Shown here: positions 12,521 through 22,430 of the stretch, piece by piece
How the letters are laid out: every line of letters starts with the position of its first letter
Numbering within the stretch: position 1 is the first letter of the stretch
Origin: Camelus ferus
Taxonomy: Eukaryota
DNA: 64,000 nucleotides
Reading direction: 5' to 3'
Assembly (NCBI RefSeq): GCF_009834535.1
Contig: NC_045697.1
Location: forward strand, 112,780,001 to 112,844,000
Made by a program: the position numbers and the translations under genes
The notes under the pieces: generated by a model
The model's database searches: none
The model's input: only the letters and a program-made list of their open reading frames with translations
What the model was told of the DNA's origin: nothing

Positions 12521-14154
12521 AGAGAAACTCAGCTTGGGCAAGCCTTGGCAAATAAACTTAATGAATTTTAAGTCAGGGGAGGGTTAATTCACCCCGAGAC
12601 AGGACGAGAATGCTGCAGCCCTGAACATAAACCGGCTCCTGCTCAGTGAACAAGAACACGGGGGCAGGTATGGAAGCGAGGACACACGGGTCATGAACTC
12701 ATCACTCACCAGAGGCTTTCCTTAGGGTCTCCCTCAATTTCTGTCCTCAGACTTCATTAAGGGTAGAATGAACTGCGAAGGTCTACAGTGCAGAGAGGAG
12801 CTGCATCCTGACTGATTTAGAGAGAAATCGGAACCATAAAGTCTTCTCATCTAGGCTTTCTTCTTTACTGCACATATAAAAAAATAAATGTTAAAACTGG
12901 GCTTCGAATGCTTACACACATTTTATGTCCCAGTGCCAAGAGCGTAGGACTTGCATTTTGTCTCTGTGGTTTATGTTGTACGCTGAACATTTCAATATAA
13001 TTAGAGCCTTGTTACGTGCAGTAGGAAGATACGTGATTATTTTATAATGAAGGAGACTAGAGTAAGCTTATCAGATGGCCATTTATGTTTTCATTATCCT
13101 AGTAAACATGAGAGAAGTGTATGGCAGGAAACTTGACTCCAAAATAGAAACATTTAAAAAAATTTTGAATTATTAGTTAAATAATTTGGATAATTTTAAG
13201 TCTTTATAATATGTGTTTACAATGGTCAAAGAAGTGGCATTAAGGGATACGATTTCTTCTAAAACATTCTGAAATACAAAAATCTTCATTCTCACATTAA
13301 GGTTGACTTTGATTTTATCTATATGTGATATACATAAATCTAATATATATTATATAAATCCAATATGTAGTATGTAAATATTATGTGAATATAATATATA
13401 TTATATAAATATTATATATGTATGTTTCTTTTCAACTTTCTGTGCTCATAGAGGGATTTGGACAATCAGGACAATTTTGAAGATGAAGCAGCCCAAATAA
13501 TGCAGTTTTGCTTTAAATATCCAATTAAGAAGGTATTTATTTTGGTGCATGACCCAAGTAATTGTTGGAACTCTTCTAATACTTCTTTTCGCCATTGGGA
13601 GAACAGAATTTTTTGAAAGCTGGCTTCATAAAAAGCTGTGTATTAATCATATAGGCCAGACAGTCAAATGTGAAATAAAATAAGGAATAATTGGAAAGAG
13701 CTGAATAATACAAAGTAAGCAAGCCATTTTTGGAAGAATGAAATTCCAGTGAGAGAGGCTTTTTAAAGACAAACTTAAAATACAAATAACAGCCTCAATT
13801 TTCTGTTTCATTTAGCTAGTAAAAGTATGGCATTAACTATCAAAAGGGGTACCTTAATTCTTATCCTATTTGCTTACTTCCCACTGCTGAAACAGAATAA
13901 ATTATTATTTGTCTTGAAGGACCAGTGACATCTGACAATATATTGAGAAAGAAAAATGATAAATCTAAAGGTTTTATCAGTGTTTCTTATCCCAAAGAAA
14001 AATATTCCATAATGTATATTTCACTAAAACAAACTCAATAACCAAACTAGGTGTGGAGAAGGGAAAGAGGAAGAAGGAGGTCATGTGTTGTTCTTGATGG
14101 TTGGAGACTCACTGGAGATGGATGTTTTATTAGACCGTAGTGCTCCCAGGCTGT

Positions 14155-15040
14155 GTGTGTGGCTTTGTAACATGTCCGCTTGGCGAGGCTGCACAGAGTT
14201 CCCGGCACCATGTGTTTTCCAGGAAGATGAGCAGCCAAGGGGGACTCGTGGAGGGAGAGCTACATAGCAGCCCTTCCATCTTTCAGATGTGCTGGCTCTT
14301 TTTTGGGAGTGAGGCCGACTGCAGACTTGTAATTTCTACTCTGGGTCTTCCTTTAGCTTCTCCACCTCCTGGACTCAGTGTCAAAGGGCCTCAGCTTCTG
14401 CAGGACACCAGCGTCTTCAAGGGCAGGGGCAGCAAGAGCTGAATGGGTTCCAGTCTGTTCTCATGGGCTGGAACTCATGCTTGTGGTTTATAGCTTACCC
14501 TTGCCCCGCCTTCTTCATGTCGGTCTTTCCTTCTCCACTGCCTGTGCTGTAGACATTAAGCGCCAGCACCTGACCCAACAATAGAAACTGCTTACCCGGC
14601 TCCCACACTGTGTAATGTCAAGACTATGTAACAGAGTTGATGGATGTTAGCTGAACCCATTGTGGTGATCATTTCACAATATATGTAAATCAAGCCATCA
14701 CTTTGTATACCTTAAGCTTATACAGTGATGTGTGTCAATTATTTCTCAATAAAACTGGAAACAAAGCAGGCTCAAAGATAGTAGTAAAGGGGATGGCAGG
14801 AAACCTTGGGAGGTGAAGGATGCATCCATGGCCTTGAGAGTGGTGATGGTTTCACAGGTGTATACTTATCCCCAAGCTCATTACGTTGTATACTTTAAAT
14901 ATGTATAGTTTTTTACATGTTGATCATACCTTAATACAGTATTTTTTAAATGAAAAATAAAACTGTATAACAAACTCTTTTGCATATAAATATATATCTT
15001 AATGGATCTGCATGTCTGATAAAAATCTGACTTATTAATA
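14155..15040 (+). mobile_element. ERVL-type LTR (LTR52-like), interrupted by two old L1 3' ends (~14635-14960)
   Basis: Start ggctttgtaacatgtccgcttggcgaggctg; inserted segments tgtggtgatcatttcacaatatatgtaaatcaa and gtggtgatggtttcacaggtgtatac are L1M-type tails. Confidence 0.55.
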
Positions 15041-15732
15041 GACTAAACATCTCATCAGCATCAGGACTTCTTATATTTTTCTAGTTTTAAGAGGATTGTC
15101 TTCCAAATACAAATGATTTATGATTGCATTGTCACTATCCTAATAGTAATCCTTTATGGTTATCTCATTGGGTGTATTTTATTTGTAGAAGTATGAACAG
15201 ACACATTGCTAGACATTTTCTGTGGAGTCTTGAACTTATAGTTGGATTAAAATTGCAATCTCAACAAGAAAAAAATCTAATGTCCTACCTACTTAGGTTT
15301 AGCAGAAGTATGTTTAACTAGTGAAAAATAAACAGCGTACACTTTCCAAAAAAAATAAAATGGAAAATAAATTTATAAGATGGAATATTAACCAACCCAT
15401 AATAACTAAGTTAGTAGCTTTGAAAATTTGGTACACTGTCAGACCCACAGTGAATTTCTGAGTTGCTTTTGAAAAAGGCTTCATCCTTTCCATGCAAAGA
15501 AATACTCAACTCTACATTGCAATAATATGCAATGGAAGCATCTTTTAATGTAAGTTTTATCTATCTCCAGTGCTTCATCCCTTGGGAAAATCTGTAACTA
15601 GAAGCACTTGTCTGCATATATGCAAACTGGTAAACATCAGCCCAACCAGAAAACATTTCAAATGACTGAGAAGAAAGTAAAGCCATCTCCCTACTCTCTC
15701 CCCAAGCAAAGGATTGGAATAAACTGGCTACA

Positions 15733-16400
15733 GTGTGTGGAAGATAGAAGAGTGGCCACATCCCAATCCCCAAAACTGATGAGTATGTTGTGGTACACAA
15801 CAAGAGGGAATTAGAGTTGCAGATGGAACTGAGGTCACTAATCAGCTGATTTTAAGACAAAATAGATTATCATGTGTGATGTAGGTAGGCTCAACATAAT
15901 TAGAAGGGAGTTTTTTTTAACAGAAAGAGGGGAGCGGAAGAGTCAGCACCAGAGACAGCATCACGAGAAAGACCTTGTCTTGAGGGGGCAGTATAGCTCA
16001 GTGGTAGAGTGTGTGCTTAGCATGCATGAGGTCCTGGGTTCGATACCCAGTACCTCCATTAAAAAAAAAAAATAAGAATAACCTAATTGGTCTCTCCCCC
16101 AAAATAAATTAATTAATATTTTTTAAAAAAAGAAAGACCTTATCCTTCACTGCTGGCTTTGACGGTGGAAGGGGGCCACAGCCAAGGGATGAGGGCAGCC
16201 TCTAGGAGCTGGAATGGGAGGGAACAGATTGTCTCCAAGAGCCTCCAGAAGGAACACCATCCTACTCATAGCTTGATTTTAGCCATGAGACCCATTTCAA
16301 ACTTCTGACGTCCAAAACTGTAAGACAATACATTTGTGTTGTCTTAAGACACCGAGTTACTGGTAGGTTTTTACAACAGCAGTAGGAAACCAATACACAT
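15733..16400 (+). mobile_element. MaLR solo LTR (MLT1), interrupted by a SINE
   Basis: gttgcagatggaactgaggtcactaatcagctga...gcagcctctaggagctgga...gagcctccagaaggaac...catttgtgttgtcttaagacac...gtaggaaaccaataca. Confidence 0.85.
15982..16130 (+). mobile_element. tRNA-Ala-derived SINE (Vic-1-like)
   Basis: gtatagctcagtggtagagtgtgtgcttagcatgcatgaggtcctgggttcgatacccagtacctcc plus tail; TSD agaaagaccttgtctt (15966-15981) / agaaagaccttatcct (16131-16146). Confidence 0.92.
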
Positions 16401-17344
16401 GGCATCAGAACAAAATGAGTGACTACAGTCAGCATCTGTGAAGGAATGAGTGGCTCACATGAGCTCTCTAAACCCTATTGAAATGGAATGGAGAAAATAG
16501 CAATAAATGTGCAGTTAGACAAAATTCACAAAAAGGGAAATGTACCCATAATGAGAAAACCATAAGGAAATGTTGTTTCCCCAGATTTCTATAGTTTAGA
16601 AAAGAAAAAAAAATTAAAAGAGGAAGGAAAATAATTAACATTTTTAAATGTTTAAATTAAAAAATAAATTAACATGTGCAATACTGACTAACTTACATCT
16701 CCATGTCCCCCACTGCATTATATGTTTTGATTATGCAGAGTTCATTTCAGCTCAATGTAGATTAAATCGAATAGTGACATTCCCAACTGGACTACCAGAT
16801 GGAATCACATTTTAATTAACTTTTCAACCAGCATACAGATGTGTTTCTTGTGATCATTATCAAGAAATCATTCGCAAAATGAGAAGTCCTGGTGGCGGAT
16901 CATAGCTTAGAATGATTGATCACATCGTGAGACCATTAACCTTAAAATGCTTTCAGTCATTGATTGACCAAATGAAGAAAAGGCTTATAAACCATTATTG
17001 AATGTATATCTAAGGCACATTATTGTGTACCTTTTGGGAGATTAAATGAAAGGAAATATTTGCTTGTTAAAATAATGATCCGTGTATTGTTAATTTCCCC
17101 AGAAAGTCACACGGTTTCTGAAATTAAACTGCCATACAGTAATGAAAGCATAACCCATCAGAAAAAGAACTTACCTGCTACCACTTTTTGTTCTTCTCAT
17201 CACCGTAATAATTCCAACTCATATTTGATGCTTTAGGAATAATAAAATAAAGCCCCTAACTTCCAAATCTTTACACTTTGAAAAAGATCACTAACATGAA
17301 TAAATTGTCCTTAAATAGGAACAAAAAATCGAAATGAATGTAGA

Positions 17345-17499
17345 TGTTTCTAACTACCTGAGGGCCTGTCTTGCCAGTTTTCCTGGAGCACAGAGTACCT
17401 TGTTCTTATCTTTCAAGCTGTATTGTAGGTCAGCGACTGCAGTGGTTAACGATTTGATCCTAGTAGAGCCAGATGGTGAGTGACATTAGTTAGTTTGCA
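17345..17499 (-). repeat. Truncated 3' LTR (U3 part only) of the ERV
   Basis: Aligns with 22268-22430 (about 50/65 identities over the terminal block by hand); preceded on the minus strand by purine-rich cagggggcac (degenerate PPT). Confidence 0.8.
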
Positions 17500-17779
17500 G
17501 TGCCCCCTGTGGGTCATAAATCAGTAAATTTTGGGAGGCACTTCATGTCCCATGGGTCTTAGGAAGGCTTACTCTTAGGTCTGGTGAGGATTTCTTTGGT
17601 AGGCCACTCAAGGTGCTCTTACTGGACGAGGCCCTGTTAATTGTGGCCAAATCCAGACCACCTGTCTTTCTAGTCTGTTATGGTCCAGGAAATAATTTCC
17701 TCTTGCTGCTTTTTCCCGTATGTAGAGTTGCACCGTTACAATCGTTGACCTCGTATAGAGCCATGTATTTGGTCAGTCA

Positions 17780-19260
17780 TTTCCCGTTGCCTAGTCATCA
17801 TGACTTTATTGGAGGCTCCGTCACACACTTAGTAATGCGAGAAACAATAATCTTGTAAAATAGGCAGAATACAAGTAATATAGAGTAATCAGGACTTAAG
17901 TCAATATTTAAGCCAACAGCTTCCAGCACCAGACTGGTTTTTTAAGAAGTCACCAAGCCTAGGGCATGGATTGCTTAAAGCAAAGATTTGATTTTTCATG
18001 TGGTTCATTAAATGCATTATATTAAAGGGTCTATCTGGTATAGATTCTACATTCAGTCTGAATGATGGCACCGGTGCCTTCCTGAGATGCTGTAAGGACA
18101 CTGAGGGCCATGCGATTTTGTAATGGCACTTTTCTCACCACAGAGACCTCAGAAGTCAGTAGGTTAATAGCTCGATTATTGTTGTTTGAGGTCTGGTGAG
18201 TGAACTTTGTTAAGGCTTCCATATGGGTGACTACATACCCCAATCCTCCTGAAGTCACAAAAACAGCTTTTAAGTGGTCATGCCAATAAAATACAGATTT
18301 CTTGATGCATCAAACTTGTACAGTGGTAAATTTGCTGGGGTCATATATAAATTGGCACTCAAGTAGCCTTGAGTCCAAGGAACTTCTAGGGTACATCTTT
18401 CTGTCCATCCTGGCAGAAGCCAGGGCCATAAATGGGTCCCACAAAGCTGTTGATTTCCATGAGGTGTGACCCATATATCCCTGGTCATCTGACCCATTCT
18501 GTTCTGTACCAATTGCTATCTTTAAGGATAATAATATATCTGCGTTGTTCATAAGGCACCCAGCCCAATTTGCTAGTGTGATTAGGCTGACTATCCTCAG
18601 TATAAACAGGCCTTTAAACTTAAATGGCCATAGCCTGCTGTTATCCATATAAATCCATCCCATAATTGCAGGAGAGTTTCTCCTAATAATCAGAGGCTAT
18701 ATTTTTAATATGATTTTCTTTTATTAAATTCTTTATAAAATGTATTTTTGTTTGTGTTTTACTTATTTATTGGGGAGAATAATTATGTTTGTTTGTTTGT
18801 TTATTTTTAATGGGGTTACTGGGGATTGAACCCAGGACCTCATGCATGCTAAGCACGTGCTCTACCACTGAGCTATACCCTCCATCCCCTGGAGGTTATA
18901 CATTTTGACTGAGATTCAGCTCTTTGTTCTGAGTGAGTTTAGTAGTCTTTAAAGTAAATTCGTATTTACAGCCAGGGTTAGAGAGGTATTACAGATTGGC
19001 CAAGTGATGGGATTCCATCTAGTAACCCAAGAGATGGCCCAAATGGAACTATAACTTCTTTCTTCTGAAATGAATTTTCTGAGGGCCATCCAATCAGAGT
19101 CCTGGAAAGCAGAAGTCCACCAAGGTCCCCAGAAGTAGTGGATGTCGGTAACTGACTACAAAGCCAACAATTGGATTGGTTTCTAAAATTTGCCCAGGAT
19201 AGTGCCCACGATAGAAGAACTTTTGATTCATATGCAAAAGTCTAAGAAAACACTGTAGAT
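17780..19260 (-). pseudogene. env: Retroviral env pseudogene (gamma-type SU/TM), frameshifted and SINE-interrupted
   Basis: Minus-strand pieces: SWANFRNQSNCWLCSQLP (CWLC at 19158-19169), PWWTSAFQDSDW, LWPWLLPGWTERCTL, IKK/SVFYWHDHL, LQNRMALSVLTASQEGTGAIIQTECRIY (ISD, 18073-18123) and hydrophobic LLVFCLFYKIIV. Confidence 0.9.
18707..18890 (-). mobile_element. tRNA-Ala-derived SINE (Vic-1-like) inserted in env
   Basis: tactggggattgaacccaggacctcatgcatgctaagcacgtgctctaccactgagctataccc; T-rich tail on the left; degenerate TSD gaggctatattttt / gaggttatacatttt. Confidence 0.92.
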
Positions 19261-20589
19261 GGTCACACAGATCAGATCTGGCCTATTAGGAGCTGTCTAC
19301 TTCTGATGTTGTTTTTTTCTTATCCTGGTGTGGGTGTCATTTCTCCTCTGTTTGAGCTTTGATTTAAGGTCATTTTGAGGTCAGCAGTCCTTAGACCAGT
19401 CCAGTGCAGACTTTAGGCAACTTGAAAAATACATTAATTAGAAATCTCAGCGCTTAAAAACCTTAATTTCTAGTGAAAACTAAGAAGTTAGCAGTTATGA
19501 ACTGTCTCTTCCATTAGCATTCTATAGATTGGCAAACCTATAAATACTATTTATAACTTCTAAAAACGTGTGTTCTTATAAAGAATGTCTCAGAGTGACA
19601 CTAACACATTTACGAATAGTCCTAAGTGTCTTCAGCTTCTCTGTAAAAGGAAGCCTGTGTTCAGTAACTAAGGCTTCAGCATCTTGTTTTACGTGGGAAC
19701 GATCTAGATGTCCAATAAGCTTTCACTATTGGTCAACTTAACTTAGCAAAACTCTGAAGTTTCAAGTTACCAAAAGTCTGGAGATACTATTTAAAGTAGA
19801 CATGCCATAAAACATAATTCTTCCTGAAGACACAGTTAAAAAACTTCTTATCTCATTTGTATTTATTTTACTTCTAAAAATTGTATCATACCAAGTTCTC
19901 TCTCTTGCTGACAAACTTTATAACAGAAATAATAAGATCTTATTTGACTTCTAGAAAACGTAGGTCTGATGAAAGTACTTAATATTGATGACTCTAACAT
20001 TCATGTCTGTAGCAATTAAACCAACAAACTTAAAATAATTTTAATGCCAAATATTTATTTAATATTGACTATTTCCCAGATCACGTGAACCAGAAATTCA
20101 TTTGAGTTGGTTTCTGTTCTATTTCTGAGAATTTATATAAATGCTTAATTTTCTCTAAGCCAATTAAATAAAGCTCATTTACAAGTTAATTTTGTCAGTA
20201 CCATCCAGAGGTAGAGACATATGATGCCTATAATGTACTCACAGACATATAGACACACACAACTAGAGAGCGCATAGCTCGATTTTAAAACGTAGTCCTG
20301 AATCAGGTATTACAATAATAAAGTAAAACTCACTAATTTTATAAATGACAGTTGGGGTAAGATTACTTGCTTGAGTTTTAAAACGGTCTCTTTTCCTTTG
20401 TCTTTTTGTCTCCGTCTCGGGAATTAGAGATGGTCTAGAAAGAGTTAAGATAAGAGCTCCTGAGAGCTCTGGTAGAAGGTTTACATCTCAAAGGCACAGG
20501 GGGAAAAATGCAAACTCCTCTTAGAAGGGCTTGATTCCTTAGGGTAAGAATTCTGAGAAGATGTTTCATCAAGCTGGCTTTGTCTGACT

Positions 20590-20765
20590 GCGTATGCAAA
20601 ATCCAGTTTACAAACCTGAAAAAGGGCCCCAATTTGGCCATTTGAGGTTGGAATCCCCTTTAGTATAGTTTCCCCAATTAAGTAAGTACCTGCAAGTCGA
20701 AGGCCGTAAGTACATAGACCTGGCTGGGGTGTTCGTGGGCGGTTAGCTACCTGACACCCCCTCAT
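20590..20765 (-). pseudogene. gag: gag matrix (MA) remnant
   Basis: Minus-strand frame reads NWGNYTKGDSNLKWPNWGPF, resembling the W..YT....L.WP.WGSF motif of gamma-like MA; located just after the leader. Confidence 0.6.
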
Positions 20766-20968
20766 TTCTCTGTTTAGGAAACTTTATTCCCCATTTTAAA
20801 GTTGGTTTTATTGGGATAAAATAACTAATGAAACTGTACGGTGGGCTGATGTGCTGTTTGCGAGCTTAACTCCTCTAGGTGCCCTGCTAGAGTCATTTCA
20901 GCTCTTTTCGTGTCTCAGTTTCTCTCTCCAGAAATCTAAATCTGCTGTGGGAGTTTGAAGCACTGCGT

Positions 20969-21441
20969 TGTTGCCGGAGAATAAGTTCTCTCCTCATGCA
21001 GGAAAGAATTCAAGAGCAAGGCTTAGTAAAGTGAAAGCAGGTTTATTTAGAGAGACGCACTCCACAGACAGAGTGGGGTCTGCCTCACTCAGAAGGGAGA
21101 GCAGCTTAGGAGATACACTGTTAGAGTGGCTTAGGAGAGTGACCACGAGGTGCAGAGTTGTTAGTTTTTATGGGCTCTGTAATTTCATGTGCTAACGAGT
21201 AAGAGGATTATTCTGACTATGTTGGGAAAGGGGAGAGGATTTCCAGGAATTGGGCCCCGCCCACTTTTTGCCCTTTTATGGTCAGCCGAGGCACTGTCAC
21301 GGTGCCTGTGGGTGTGCATGAGGCTCAAGGTCTACTGGAAGTCGAGTCTTCCGCCATCTTGGTCCTAACCAGTGTGTCCTGTCCTCAGTTGCTGTGTCAT
21401 CCCTTCAGTGGCTGTGCCCTGCCCCCTTGCCTCCTGTCTCA
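20969..21441 (-). mobile_element. Solo ERV1 LTR nested in the ERV leader
   Basis: TG...CA ends; 4-bp TSD gcgt/gagt (one mismatch); minus-strand AATAAA (ggtttattt); same family as 36982-37622. Confidence 0.85.
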
Positions 21442-21888
21442 GAGTGACCCACTCTTATATTGTGCATCCCTGGATAAATAAGCAAGTGTTCAATTAATGA
21501 GGGGATTCCCAATGAGACAGCTGCCCAGCATGAAAGGACTTGCCTGCATCACTCCCATAAATTTTCCATAATTTCCCATAATTTTCTCAGCTACGTGAGA
21601 AAGCTGTAAAGAGCTGAGAGGACCTTTTCTTTGGAGCAGAGAGCTCTCATATGACATCTTCACTTGTACCCTAACAAATTCTATTAAGGTAGTCAGATTG
21701 AGGGAAGACGGCCAGCCTCCTACCGAATCCCCCAGTCCAAAACACTCAGTGTCTTTCCACTGAGCAAATCTTCCTGTGTCTCTCAGCTAAGGAGTCAGGT
21801 ACCTTTTTATCAACCATCAAATAAAACTCAGATTGTCAACCAATAACGAGAGATCTGAGACCAGAAGAGATTCACCCAAATTCATCTG

Positions 21889-21899
21889 GACTTACCGAG
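21889..21899 (-). promoter_or_regulatory. Candidate retroviral major splice donor
   Basis: Minus strand TCG|GTAAGT (intron starts at 21895), about 90 nt downstream of the PBS. Confidence 0.6.
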
Positions 21900-21985
21900 G
21901 AGACAGATGGGTACAAGGGACCCTTGCTGATACCAAGGCTCCTGGTCCTTGTAGAGTTCAGGGGATGGAGAGGAGTCTGCTGTGG

Positions 21986-22003
21986 GTCTCTCTGTGGTCA
22001 CCA
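21986..22003 (-). other. Primer-binding site, tRNA-Arg-like (degenerate)
   Basis: TGGTGACCACAGAGAGAC, 4 nt after the 5' LTR; resembles the complement of tRNA-Arg(UCG) 3' ends (TGGCGACCACGAAGGGA). Confidence 0.65.
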
Positions 22004-22007
22004 GACC

Positions 22008-22430
22008 TGTTGACTAAGAAAAAAATGTACAACACGAGAGCTGTGAGACAGCTTCTTAGATAGCGCTGAGGAACTGCTCTGAAGATATGGGGGCAGGGGT
22101 GGCGGGCAGTGTATATGTGATTTTGGCAAAGGGGTATGCAATCAAGCATGCATCTTGGTAGAAGGTTACTGCTAGTCACATGGAGCAGATAGCTCAGGTA
22201 ATAATCTTAATGCCTTTGTAAGTATGGGAAGATGCGAGAATCCATGTTCATAAAAATTTCTCCTGGAATAATCTGAAAGCCTGTTTTGCCTTTTATCCCC
22301 AGAACACAGTATGCCTCATCCAGATTATTGCCCTAAATTTCTTTCAGGGTACATTCCAGACCGGGGACTGCAGTGGCTAATGACTCAGTCCTCATAGAAC
22401 CAGGTGGCAAGCGACATTCCTTAGTTTGCA
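22008..22430 (-). repeat. 5' LTR of the ERV
   Basis: Imperfect terminal inverted repeats tgttgactaa...ttagtttgca, adjacent PBS, and homology to 17345-17499. Confidence 0.85.

Larger units (their letters stand above)
17345..22430 (-). mobile_element. Decayed class I (gamma-like, MER4-group-like) endogenous retrovirus, internally deleted
   Basis: Two related LTR segments in the same orientation, PBS, leader splice donor, gag-MA remnant, and env remnant with CWLC and ISD. Confidence 0.9.

Noticed and set aside
13320..13425. AT-only repeated and palindromic stretch
   Set aside because: Degenerate (TA)-derived low-complexity sequence; symmetry is expected from composition.
15982..16060. Apparent tRNA-Ala(AGC) gene (also at 9918, 18820, 39343 and 42545)
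   Set aside because: Each copy has a TSD, an A-rich tail, a shared non-tRNA tail and stem-breaking substitutions, so these are SINEs and not tRNA genes.
18031..18663. env ORFs as a functional syncytin-like gene
   Set aside because: Multiple frameshifts and stops, lost CX6CC and furin site, and a SINE insertion.
21554..21586. Triple CCATAATTTT-like tandem repeat in the ERV leader
   Set aside because: Short slippage-type duplication with no spacers; not CRISPR-like and with no evident function.
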